A DNA stretch of 64,000 nt from positions 38,378,001-38,442,000 of the forward strand of contig CM126218.1 of the NCBI GenBank assembly GCA_052327205.1. The letters are read 5' to 3'. Position numbers and translations under genes: made by a program. The notes beneath the pieces are model-generated. The model saw only the letters and a list, made by a program, of their open reading frames with translations, did no database searches and was not told the origin of the DNA. Origin of the DNA: Somniosus microcephalus (lineage: Eukaryota). Positions 36,586-49,282 of the stretch are shown one piece after another; within the stretch, counting starts at the first letter, position 1; every line of letters starts with the position of its first letter.

Positions 36586-38003
36586 ATTTCCTTGTTCGAT
36601 GGTAATGGGGGTCTGACTCTAAGTGTGTACGCCATTTACTTTTATACTGACTAGTAGTACGCCTCCCCCACTAGAGGTATGCATGTCGTCACCATCTGCA
36701 TCCTGAACGTTGAGCTGTCAACATCTTATTCACAGGGATTTGAAAAGATTAGCTCTAAATCTCTTTAACAAGCTGCAAAATGTTATAAATACAACAGGAA
36801 CCGACACCGTGAAGTTTCGGAAAGGAGATGCCACACCAGCATTTTTTCCTCAGTACAATAGTCAATGGAGGTCCATCACACTCAAATTTGACTTTTCCGG
36901 GCTTTTTAAAATGTCAAATAAGATTTAATCTAAAGGAGCCTCCACTGTATGAATATTACATTAATTCATTTTGAATTCTACTTATTCACACAATACCTGC
37001 ATTGATTTAGCATAACTAGTTAGTATCCTCTTGGCAGGGGTGGTGGGGGGCGGGAGGGGGGGAAGAGAGAATAAAGTTAAGCAGAGTCTTTTGGCTCCAA
37101 GATCACGTGCCTGGCGTTGGAAGTTTGTAACCTTTGTGGAAGACTTGGTAATCTGATACCCGAAACAAATCGCTCTGCAATACGCCAGGGCACTGTTACC
37201 CATTGACCTGCAAACTGGCTCACTGAAGGAACCTGAAGGGGAGCTCAGTCATTGGAGGTTGGAATTCCTCGCATTCAACTTCACCCAGCTCTGCAAACCA
37301 ATGCCCCAATGATTAGGGTGGTCCTGGCTGGACAAGCAGCAAGAAGTTTACCATTGCTCTGCACTGTGTGGTTTTGGTGTATTAGTAAGGCCTGCACTTA
37401 AGGTTTCTCACCTTAAGTAAGTGGGGTATGTCCCTATGGGGAGAGAGTATATAGTCTTAGCAGGAAAATGGATATTCTACCGGGATAAATTATATGGCTC
37501 AGATATTCTTAAACAATGTCATGGATGTCTGTCAGACACCCGGCTGATCAAAAGAAATGTACACAGCACCATATACACTAACATCAAAAGGTCTCAAGTG
37601 TTATACACAGAATTACAATGAAATGCAGTGACTGTCGTTATGCAGACAAAGACATACTTCCCATTTCATTTAGGCTCGGAATCCTAAATAGGCACAAACT
37701 CTCACAATTATATAAATACCAGAAGATCTTACAAACCGTGAAGCTGAAAATCTCTACAACTCACTAAAGTAAAAAAATCTATCCCAGTGAGAATCTGAAT
37801 GATAAAGGTTTTATTATTGATGAAGATTTTTTTTTAACCAAGCTATAACAGAGACAGAACTGATAGATTATCAGGTAGTGCTGGAGTATCGTATGACAAA
37901 CAAACTTACAAAGAAAATAATCAATTATGAGGAAAGTAAGCCAAACTAGTGCAAAGGGAACCCAAGGTTAACAGCTTATTGCATGTTATTCAATGCAATT
38001 TAC

Positions 38004-38183
38004 CTGAGCCATTTGTCTTTCCAGTTTTGACCTAGGCATATCCTCAAAGTAGCTGTCATTGATTCGCCTTCTTGCGTCCCCTTGCATCATTAAATGGGAA
38101 GAGGGGATATCAAGAGAGCCACCAGTGTAAGTGCTTTGGCTAAGGGATGGGGAAAGTTGAGGAGGAGTGTTGTTCCCAGGGTC
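38004..38183 (-). CDS. ANKS1B: ANKS1B linker exon (DPGNNTPPQLSPSLSQSTYTGGSLD...MPRSKLERQMAQ)
   Basis: 180 nt, acceptor ttgcttctggaacag, donor gtaaat. Matches the ANKS1B TPPQLSPSLSQSTYT...RSKLERQMAQ segment. Confidence 0.95.
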
Positions 38184-39524
38184 CTGTTCCAGAAGCAAAT
38201 AGCAACGCATTAATTAATGTTATGATTTATGTTACTGAATCTCTCCCAGCCCTAATGGTTTAGTTCCTCTGTGTTGTTCATCAGTGTAAATCTAAGCATT
38301 TCAAATTGATGAAACATTCAGAACACATATTTACAGCCCTCACACCTAAATAATCTATCTCAAATGAATGGCTCCCTCAGGTTGTTTTAATCTTGGCATA
38401 ACACCAATAATCTAGCAAAAGCTATTTGGTATAGATTATTAAACAATTGTTTTAGGTCATTTATTTCAGCATTAACACAAAAATGATATAAAAATGTGAC
38501 TCTGGAGATAGAAATCAAAAGTATATGAAACAAACTTGTGTAACATGCTCCTTAATGAGACAGACAAACTGGCCTCTCTTCGCTCTTTCAGGTTAAATAT
38601 TTATGAAACTAAGACTCAAGATTCCCAGAACGTATTCCTACTATGAAGATTTTTTTTCTCTCTCAACCTGCCTGTATCATGAACATCCATTTGCCAACTT
38701 GTTCCCTGGCTATAACGCCTACTATTTAACTAACAGACATGCGACAGTGGCCTGGGACATCTCCCCTCTCTGACTTTCCGCCCCTTTGCGAGGTAGTGTC
38801 TGGTCTCAGCTCTATGCCTCCCCACAACAATACAGCTGGGGTCAGAAATTTAAACTGTTCAATGGAAGGGGAAAAGGCGGAGAAGATTAAACCTTTCCCT
38901 CACCTCTATTGGCATGCATTGGCACTCTAACCAACTGTGCCACATATGCCCATTTTTATAAGAAATCTGTGGGATAAGTTATAAAGGGACACTTTTTCCA
39001 GATTCTGTGTTTGAAAAAGTCAAACGTTGAGGTAGGCAAACAATCATTATTTTTGACAAAGTTCTTTCAGGGTTTTTTTTAGTTTTACGCTTTGATGAAA
39101 AGCAGCTGCTTATTTAATGTAGAAAACCCAGAGAAACGCTCTTGTTACATTATGCTATGCCCCTCATAGATATTAACTGCAGTTAACGTTTTAATTAGAC
39201 TGTAGACAGGTCCTGGAAAGGATGAACTTTTGATGGCTGTTTTGGTATCTTCTACTCTTGGGTAATCAGTAAAATGTTACATCGATGTTGAGTTCTTTGA
39301 CTGAAGTGCACCCTGAACTGATGCACTGTAACTACTGAATCTTTTATTTTCAAATGAAGACTGCTATACATTGTAAATTTAGACATGCAAAGTGTTGATT
39401 TTTATTTAGCTTTCCGCTACCTTCAATAACACAGCAGACAAATAGAAGATATTTATTTCAGTAAAGAATAAGTAATCCATGTGTTGTCAAGTGCCTTGGA
39501 ATGTCTTAAGGACATGATAAGTAA

Positions 39525-40400
39525 TATAACAGCTTATAGTTTTATACCACCTTTCATGTAACTAGATGTCCCAAGGAGCTTTAAGGAGGCCTCGGATGAC
39601 CCAAATGAGGAGGAAGTGGGGGCGGCAGGGTATTCAGGGATGTGGCTAAGAGCACAGTCACAAGTGCCAGGTTTTGATGAGACTTTTGAAGGTGGGGAGA
39701 GAGAGGTAGTAATGCTGGAGAGTTTGGGCAGAGAATTTCAGAGGGTGCACCTGATGGCTGAAGGTTCTGCCACCATAGGTGGAGTGGCGAGCTAGAAAAG
39801 TTGTGGGTACTTGCTGGGGCATGGAGTTGTAGATTTCAAAAGGTAAGGGCTGCAAAACCATGGAGGGATTTCAAAAGGAGGACATGGATTTTAAAATCAA
39901 TGCACTTGGGAAACAGACAAGAATGAAGCTTGGTGAGGAGAAGATGATAGGAGTTTGGGATTGGATACGAGTGGAAGGGTTGTGGATGAGTTGTAGTTTA
40001 CATATACCAGCAAGGACAGTGTTGAAGAAATCCTGCTAGGAATTAATAGGCATGGATAATGGATTCAGTGGTAGTGGGGGGAGGTGGGAGTAAGGGACTT
40101 AGGCCAGCCAAATTGTAAAGCTAGGAGGAGGCACTCTTGATGATAGACTGGATGTGGAACTTGAAGCCCAGTTCAGGGTTGGAGGACACTGAAGTTGTAT
40201 GTTGTCAGGCTGAACCTGAGCGAACAGCCAGAAGGGAAACTAAGTCAGTGCTAGAGGCATACACTCTCTGGCAGGAGCCGATCAGGATCATCTCATTCTT
40301 GCCCTTGTTGAGCTGGAGAAAGTTGTGACAGACATGGGGTCATGTGTGGCAATGGAGTGGGAGGATTGGACTAAGCTGTCCCTGTGCTTGCAGATAATAT
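39525..40400 (-). mobile_element. Degenerate L2 LINE 3' region
   Basis: Starts with an L2-like reverse-complement tail (acagcttatagttttataccacctttcatgt...gtcccaagg). Resembles the younger copy at 60473-60905. Confidence 0.55.
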
Positions 40401-42159
40401 CATAAAAGGACAGCATGCAAATAAGGATCAGGATTTATTTATCTATTACAATGAACAATATTGTTTTCCTATGTCAATTGTGCTGGCTATGTCTGTAGCT
40501 GTCTCTCCCTGAATAATGCGGGCATTGTGGATATGAATCACCTGCAGTACTGCATACCAATCCTTCTCTAATCTTTTCAGAGACCTGGGCACATCTTTTC
40601 CAACAGGTTATCAAGACTGAAATGGTAAAACCGGGTACAGCACTGTTCTAAACAGTAGAAGTATCAACAGCATTATATTTCTGGAACTAGACCTACTACT
40701 CCAGTCATATCTACTCAGTTCAACCAATGGGGAGAAAAGAAACACATGGCATGCTCTTCTCCACCGCTGGCCAGGTAATGTAAATTATGGGAGATCAGAA
40801 GAATCATCACAGAATAATATTATTCCTTATAAATGGAAGGTCTTTACATTAAACATAGTGTCAAAGAAATAGTTCATGACAGAAGGTGTGAGACTGGTAT
40901 GATTTGAATGAAAGCTCCAATAAAAACTCTGATTTATTAACTGTTTCCCAGGGCCAGGTTTACAGAAACAATTTGTATCGCATTTTTTCCATAAAAACTA
41001 TTTCAAGGTAACCCATCTTCAATTATCTCTTTATTTCCCTTTGCACCCCGAGGCTATCCGAGATGTATTCAGCATCAGATATTATGCAAAGAAAATCACC
41101 AACCTAAGGACTACACTATTGTGTAAGTGCTCATTATGGGAATGGGCTGGTGAGGGAGCAGGGTGTCCTAACTGAAGTGACAGCATCTCTCAAATCTTTG
41201 TAGTTAGGCCATTTGTATTTGTCAGATTAGCCATTGCATATTACAGGCAGCAGAAGATCTAGAAATGTAGTAACGATAACACAAACTGTGTTAAACAGTG
41301 CTTACATTTGGAATTCATAGACATTGCTTCTGCAACTTACAATATGTGCTCACTTTCTGTTGGCAGGTGGTCATTGTACAGCAGAGAAAGGAATAGGCAA
41401 AATACATTGCAAAGAAAGACAGATGGCAGCAAAATTGCTTTAAATCACAAATAATGATCTCAGGGATTTAAAAATGATTGTTAAAACAATTGTTTCCATA
41501 ACGTTTCCTACAATATGCACATGAAGTGATTTTTTTTCAGGACAACATATGAAAGAGTGACAGAACTTGGACAGCCCGTTTAATTTCAAGCTAAGCAGGA
41601 ACGAAGGACAGACCATCTGCCCTTCACTAGAGTTTTGAGTTAACTGTTCCTTGGGAAAAGTATGGCGTAGAAGTAATTACATCCTGCAGTGGAGGCAGGT
41701 ATCAGAAATTAAGTAGCGTACACGCACTCTATTGGGGGGGAGAAGGCCTCAAGTCCATGTTGCCCAGCTTATTTCAGAGTGAGGTGACTTACCATCCAAG
41801 ATACGATATATACATCATCTTGCAAGATGGCATTGCGGGATTCAGGACAACTGACCTATTGATATAAAAAGAGATCCAATCTGAATAGCACCTAATATGA
41901 GTGGCTTTTCCTTCCACCACTCTTGTCAGTTGTTCCCTCCTTCCAAGATGGAGGGTCCCATCATAGCATAGTGATTCACCTAGTGGTCTGCATAAGAATT
42001 AGCAACGTTCGCTCCCAGCAGTGGGAGGCAGGCTCGAATGTACAAACAGGTCAATGTAAATTGCACGGATCTGTGGGCACATTTCTATGAATCCCCAACA
42101 GTGGCCTGGAAACAGTTATTTTTTTCTGCTGATTTTTTTATTAGAACAGAATGTCCTTT

Positions 42160-42315
42160 AAAACAACGTAAAATGGTGGAAATACACAGCAGTATCTGAA
42201 GAAAGAAACGATGGGCTAATGTTTCCAATGTAAACCCTTTGTCAGAACTGGAAACTGGAAGATAAGCATTTCCAGCACTCCCTGTTTCTCTTTCAGATTT
42301 CAAGCATTTGAAGTT
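42160..42315. mobile_element. Degenerate Penelope-like terminal fragment with an inverted arrangement
   Basis: aaaatggtggaaatacacagcag...catttccagcactccctgtttctctttcagatttcaagcat is related to 47201-47339. The minus strand has ctgacaa...gaaaca, a degenerate hammerhead-like core. Confidence 0.5.
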
Positions 42316-43639
42316 TTTTTTTCCCTTTTTATCAGCACTTTTAAATAATTCCAGTTGAAAACGATGCATCTGTGGCGTAACACGGTTTTAACGAGCTTTA
42401 AGATTTGATACCTTTGGTTGAGAGTCGAATGTAAATTATGGGAAAATATATTCTTAAAATATATATTAACTTATTTTAAAAAAGTTAAATAAAAAAACCT
42501 TTTGACATCTAGAGTACTGCCCCAGGCTAATTTCTGCCATGTTGCATGTGTTAGTGAACCCAACAACTGCATATTTCCTTTCTTAACTGAATATTAAATT
42601 ATTTGAAAAACATGCAGCTCCTTGAAAAGATCCCCTTGTCTTTCATGTGAGCAGAACTAAGAAACACCTTTCCATGAATGCTTCAGTGGCATTTTGGGTT
42701 GAATCTGTAAAAAAACCATTTGAACAGGCCAAAATGTGAATCTGCCTGCGCAACTCCAAGAATTGAGATTAAAGTGCTGCTATCACACAGCCATCGAAAG
42801 CATGCAGAAGGGCCTGGCTGGGATCTTAATGTGTCAGATCCCTCAAATTACAGCAATCCATTACTGTCTGCAAAAATCCTTTTGTTGGATTAAAGGGTTC
42901 ACTTCCTGTGTGGGAAATGAACCACTCACGAAGGATTTCCTTTAGCACAGTGCAACCTTTTAGCTTATTCTGTCCTATATAATCAGGCAAAAAAAAAGTG
43001 ATTGAATCGGATGAGGATAAAGAACGAGATGAACAGCAAATAATTACAAAATTTCGGGAACAAGAATACTCCGAATAATTTAAACCATCTAAAAAAAAAA
43101 ATTCCTTCCCTGAAAGGGCTACAAAGAGCAGCCAGTTAATCAATGTTGAAAAGATTTGAAATGCTGTAAATTCTGTTGAGGAAGGGTTAATGTGGTGCAG
43201 ACTAAAGCTAAGATTGACTCAGTGACTACCTAAATCCCAGTATTGTAGCTGAAGGGCTCTGATATTTGTGGTAAATAGAGTTTACTTTTTAATGAGAATA
43301 GTTATTGATTTTTTTTTCTTTGACACCCACTGAAAGATTTGATAGATTTTTTTTCAGGCTACGTTTGAACAAAAGGTCACAATAATAAAAACCTGAAATG
43401 AGTTTTTTCTACATCTTAATTTCACAATATTGCTTGGAAGATCTTCAGGGAATATTCTCACATACAAAACAAAGAATGTTGGTGGTGGTCATGGAACAGG
43501 AAAGATTACAGAGGCAAGCAGTTAATAATGATACATGCCAGTGCGGAGGATTGGCCTAAGATACGCTAATTAAAATCATACCGTGCTACATTTCATGCGA
43601 ATCGCAGTATTAATTCAACACTGTATGAACACGGCTTAC

Positions 43640-43747
43640 CCTCAGAGTAATGGTTCGCGGAGGCTTCTGAGGAGGCTCGTCGTGAAGTCTGTCTCCAAGT
43701 GATGCTAAGATTCGTTTTCTGTGACCCAGAAGGTTAATTTTCAACAC
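43640..43747 (-). CDS. ANKS1B: ANKS1B exon, end of SAM2 ([36 protein letters not shown])
   Basis: 108 nt, acceptor ctgaatcttttag, donor gtaagc. Contains the SAM helix motif GHRKRIL. Confidence 0.95.
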
Positions 43748-45452
43748 CTAAAAGATTCAGTGATGCAAATAAGAATCCTCACAGAATGCAGAAGAAAGAA
43801 AAACAAATCTCCCAAACTAGTAAACGACCTTGCAGTGGGAGGTAATCCTACAGAGATGATGTCCTGCAATGTGGTTACAGAATTAGCAGCCAGAATAATT
43901 ATGCTCCGTCCTAATGTGTCATCATAACTAGACAAGGCGCAATTCTAAAAAATCATTTTACTGGACAAAAAACACAAGCCTCTCATCTATCCCTTGTAGA
44001 TTTAAATGCGAATCACTGCACATAATGTAGCCCGAGCCTTCTTCTGGCAGTTCACTGCAGTGTTTCTAGATGAAATGCCAGGAAGCATCCCTATAAATGA
44101 AGATTTAATTCCTTAGCTTTAGACCTTCACTACTCCTGCAGCTGTGCAAGACTGGTGAAGAAGCTAGGCATCTTTTTATGTACATCACAGGAAGGCTGTG
44201 TCAGAAAGGTGCTGCAAAATGGATTACCACGTCTGTAGTCATCCATATTTTTAATTACACAGTTGACAGCATTCAACTCATTACATAATATGAGGAAAGC
44301 AAGCAACTGCTGCGCATACCTGTTAAAAAAAAACCAGGACATTGTATCCATATTCTAACACCATTCAAATAAAGCGGTGTGTTTAACTGTACGAACAGCA
44401 AATGCACACACTACGAGAATATACCACCCAAAGCAAATCAACAGCAACCTGCCTCAAGCTGGCTGTTAAAACATTGTAACGGTTACACTGTTAACCACAT
44501 CATATTCTCAAATGTAACTGCAATGCATTTTTAGAACATCATTAGTCTTTAGATTCAACATGAACACCCAAATCAAACACAAATTTGCAAAAAGTGACCT
44601 TACGTAGCTTATCCAGTAAATCTGTGGATACATGGGACTGCTTCAGTCACAGTATAGGGCAGGCTCCATGACTTGTAACTTACCCAATGCCTTGCAGAAC
44701 ATTTCTCTTCAGTCCCCAGTGGATTTTATTTGTGTTCAGTCAAGTGTTATTCTTGCTTTCACCATGTTTGCGATAGCCAGTAATCAGATGAGGACATTTT
44801 CACTCAAATTAGATTGGCATGAGGAGGATATAATTGTATTGAGGGCCACAGAGTAACAAATGTTTGTCTAAAAGCTTTGCTTTATCTAGTCAAAAAAGCA
44901 CATCCTAATTGTCAACTGACAGAAGCAGTCAAAACTCATCTTCTCATTTGCAAGCTGATTTGCTATTATAACTTAATTTGAATAATAGTTTAATTCAGCC
45001 AACATGCAACACGCTTCTTCATTAAATGCTCACATTAAGTCCAGAATCTCATATAGTGTGATGGAAATTGTATTCTTATGCTACAAAGAGACTATATAAA
45101 TGGTAAATGAAGCTATGCCTCTTATTTTGTTCAGACGGAAGCTTTGCGGATGTGGCCCTGAAAAATACGGTTATCTATAATGAGAATCTTAAACTTAAAA
45201 CACTTGTCAGTCACAGGTATGCGGAGTTGACAGTTTACCATCAACACATTTAATACAAATTAATTAAACTCAGCACTGCAAGCTTTTACTCGATTGCAAG
45301 AACAATTGAGAACTACATTCATGCATCAGTTGAACTCAATTATTTTCTCAACAACACAGCATTCTCCTGAACTTCCAGACACACGGCTCAGTACCCAATC
45401 ACTTGTCACATTTTGCTGATTCTGCTGAACTTTCCAGGTGTTCTAACACTTC

Positions 45453-46159
45453 GGGGGAAGAAGTGGGTTGATTTGCGCCTCTCGTTAGCGCCCTCGGGGC
45501 ACAAATCCCCTAGCGCCCGGGAGCGGCACCGCTAATACCTCCTGCGAAATTCAGCAGGAGGTTAGCGGCAACGGTAGCTGGTAGCGCTCTGTGGCGCTGT
45601 GCCACTGGCAATGACATCATCGCCGTGCGCAGCGCCCCAGCCGCAAACTTCCCTTGCGCCCCCTGACCTATCGCCGGACGACATGTCCGACAGGATCGGG
45701 GGCGTTTTTGCAGCAGCGCCGGTGCAAGTTAAAGGGGCAGGTGTCAAGCAGCCATTTTTATTTTGGCCGACTGTCAGCACCTGCCCCCTTTCCCTTGTTT
45801 TTCGGGGTGCCAGCCGCGATCGCTCAGCCCGGCAATCCTCGAGTGCTGGGCTGTTTCACGGCACCCCACTCCCTGGTGGTCTTGCAGGGCCCTGGTGCGC
45901 GCAGCGCTAGGCCCCTCCCCTTTAATCAGGGGTGGAGGTCTGCAATGACGCGGCGTTACGTACCACCGTGCGTGGCGCTTTTATACGTAGCGCTGCGAGC
46001 TTCAGTACTGGCCCCCCAAGAAGGAGGTGGAGCGCTTACAGTAGCAATCCACCTCCTGCTTGGGGCGCCACTACTGAATTTCCGGTGGAGGGGCGGTAAC
46101 TTTTTCAGGGCGCTAAAATTAGTGCCCCAGCGATGTTAGCGCCACCCAATTTTCCCCCC
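45453..46159. mobile_element. GC-rich non-autonomous TIR element (Harbinger-like)
   Basis: Imperfect TIRs gggggaagaagtgggt and acccaattttcccccc enclose a CpG-rich ~700 bp island with repeated agcgcc/ggcgct motifs. Confidence 0.6.
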
Positions 46160-47200
46160 TTAGTGTCTTAATGAGCACTGAGCATTGAAACTAATGACAG
46201 GATAATTCATATAGTTACAAAATCCATAAAGGTTCAAGTTTCAAAATTATATTTTAACCATTCTCAGAACATAAAGGATTATGAATCAACTGTTATGAGA
46301 ATTCATTCATAATGAAATCAAATACAACTAAAGATCAACAAATGTCAATGCTGGGCCTTTGTGCTCCTTATGCAAAGATTTCAATTGATCACATTTTGCA
46401 TGTTTTAATACTCTTAGGTTGCAAAAGCAAAGCATAAGCCAGTTTTACTATCGATCCTAGATACACAAAACAGGCATTTATTAGCCCCACTTAAATGTAT
46501 CGACTCCTGCATGCTTCAGAAATGGTATAGCTATACGGTGCCAGAATATCAGCAAGGTATACTTCTTCCATTTCTTGTGTAACATTAACAGAGGAGTTTG
46601 TTTTAATAAACAGGGTCATGATTAGAAGAAGTAATTCATTGTAATTTTCCTCTTGGTCGTTCTGATTTTGGGTCTCTGATGGAAAAGTCAAGCCTATATC
46701 CAATTTCTTCTGGTGCAGGTGTGACTGCATAACCGTATTCTCAAATGATGTAGTATGTGTGATGAGGGCATGGCTGTGTCCTTGTTCATCGGGATACTCA
46801 TGCACTAACTTGTGTGATTGGCATTTGAATTTTAATATGTAATTACTGCAAAACAGGCCCCTTCTTTCCAAAAATGAACAGGTGATTGTTTTGAAATTAC
46901 AGTATGTAGAGAACACAGTTGGAATTACAGTGGACAGGGAATTACAATATATGGATGAAACTGTATACTCACTGTATAAAATGCTAACGTCTTTGTGAAA
47001 TGAAGTACACAAGAGCTTTGAAGTCCACTTTGCTCTTAGGCTGGTTTGTCACATTGGCTGCCATATCTTTACAACTGGTGCAATGTTACAGGTCCCAAAG
47101 CATCCTGATACATACTGACACACTAACCAAATGCCACTTAACCTTGTTGCTGGTTTCTTGACTGAAATGTTTCAGAAGGATATCAGAGTGTTTCTTAAAG

Positions 47201-47339
47201 CAACAGAAAATGCTGGAAATACTCAGCAGGCCAGGCAGCATCCGTCTCTCCACGGATGCTGCCTGGCCTGCTGAGTATTTCCAGCATTTTCTGTTGTTAT
47301 TTCAGATTTCCAGCATCCGCAGTATTTTGCTATTGTATT
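47201..47339. mobile_element. Short retro-insertion (Penelope-like terminal sequence) forming a perfect 45-bp hairpin, with a 16-bp TSD
   Basis: Arms 47201-47245 and 47252-47296 are exact reverse complements around the loop ctctcc. Direct repeat agtgtttcttaaagca at 47187-47202 and 47340-47355. Confidence 0.8.
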
Positions 47340-49282
47340 AGTGTTTCTTAAAGCAGATGCCTGACGACAAATGTCCCAGATTTTCTGTCAATGACTGCTT
47401 GTGATGTCAGCCTACATTGAAAATGACAATCATAGGGGACTCAGGGAAATAGCCTTCAATGAGGCCCCCAGTATTTAAATGTAGAATGCTATGACCACAA
47501 AGAGAGAGTGACAAAAGAACATGTCACAAGAACAAGACTGAAGAGGAAAGGGAAGGCTGGCCTGGAGGGCTAACTTAACCATGTAAGCTTACTGGCCTTA
47601 TAAAGTAAGTTATAACACACATTTAAATACTTCCAGTTTTGTTTTAAGGGTATACATTTTGTAACGATGATGGGATTATGTGAAAATAGAGAATGCATTC
47701 ATGATGTAACCTTATGTACACAGTCTTTCAGTAAAAGAGTGTTATCCTATATTCTATTCTATAAACATATATACACTGACAAAGAAACAAACTAATATAA
47801 GTCAACCTTCTTTGAAGTGTACTTTTGAAACATTTTGCCAGGTGACTAATATTACATCACTTCCTCTGTTCCCAGGGTGTCTCTGGGACAAAGATTTGCA
47901 TTTATTTACTCCCTACAGTCCCAATCTATGACATTATTTCCTTTCGAAAAATACTTTCAAATAAAAAGTACTTCAGATCTCCAGGGTGTGGAATTATTAG
48001 AACCGAATAGGCTTGATGGGTCTAATGTGCATTAAGCTGTTATACAAGTAATCAATTCACCTTTGTAAAATTGAATGTTTCTGTTTATTCTGCTCCTACA
48101 TTGTGTGAAATGCAAAAGTTGATTCTCAATTGTGCGTCACAATTCAGGTTGTTTTTTTTGTTATTCTCTCTGAAAATGAATTAACACTAACACATAATTA
48201 TACCTCATGCATACAAGAGGAATATATGGTGATATCTATGATGAGGAGCAAAAACTAGAATGTGTGTGTTTTGCCAGATTTTTAAATGTGTGCTATGCAT
48301 GTAATTACACTACGTCCGAGTTTATCGCTCTTTTACGCCCGTCTGTTGATTCCTGCCCCCGAATGTATCTCAGCTCATTATAATGGCTCTGCCGCAGGCT
48401 AAAGAGCCATACACAAGTGTTCAAAACAAGTCTTAAATTAAGCCCAGAATTTTAGGTGCTGCAGGAAACAAAGTCAATTTTCTGGTGTTTTAGTGCTACT
48501 TTTGAGCGATTTTTAAAATTTATCTGCACTGAAACCTATATTTTCTGTTTCTTTGAATGCATTTTGATGGCATAAGTCACATTAAAAATTGAAACACTTT
48601 CATGATTGTGTTCTTAAACATGCTGTGCCTAATGTGAATGATAGTTGGTGGCTTGAAACTTGAATTTTCATACTTAAAGAAGGAATATATGTTGCGAGTT
48701 TGGCGTTGTCCACGGGCCCCGAATATTTACATTGATTTCCACTTATGTATGCCCATATTTAGGTTCTGGTGTATGTTAATGAGATTGGCAGGAAATTTGG
48801 GTGCAAATAGACATCGGCACATGAATGAGCGTAATTTTGGGTGTAACTTCCTGATTGCACCCCCACAGGAAATTCCACGCCCTATAATTTTATTTTACTT
48901 TGAATCAAAAAAAGTAAATCCTACCCAAAGGCTTTTTAACTGTGTTTTTACAGGTGGATTTTAAAAAGTGCTTTAAAAAAAAAAGTAAACATTATGGGGG
49001 ATGGTCATTCCAATGACTGGTCTCATCCACCTCTTTGGTCTTACACGGCTAGATACGGGGACACATCTAACTTAAGAAATAGGATTCGAACATAAGGCGG
49101 TGTGAATACACAACTGCAATGCCCATACCTTTCCAAGATGGCAGGCCTCGAGTATAGCTAGCAGCAGCTTTGTTCACATACATCAACTGCAATTTTTAAA
49201 AAACAGGGTAAGATTTTGGTGACAAAAACTACTTTTAGCAAGACAACACCTTCATTTTCTGTAATGAGTTCTGCAAAGTTCC

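Larger units (their letters stand above)
14208..43747 (-). other. ANKS1B: ANKS1B (AIDA-1/EB-1) gene, span of the last 8 coding exons; gene continues beyond the window
   Basis: Spliced exons give 332 aa plus stop: SAM2 end, linker, PTB domain and KYETTIF. The motifs [27 protein letters not shown] and PWIVEP favour ANKS1B over ANKS1A (from recall of the human proteins). Confidence 0.93.

Noticed and set aside
14208-43747. Assignment as ANKS1A (Odin)
   Set aside because: Both paralogues end in KYETTIF, but the recalled diagnostic residues (NLAYE, QARK, EQMKK, PWIVEP, and the linker exon) fit ANKS1B.
46491-47012. 173-aa minus-strand ORF in non-repetitive sequence
   Set aside because: No recognisable domain, a non-ATG start and no clear splice signals. 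Consistent with chance.
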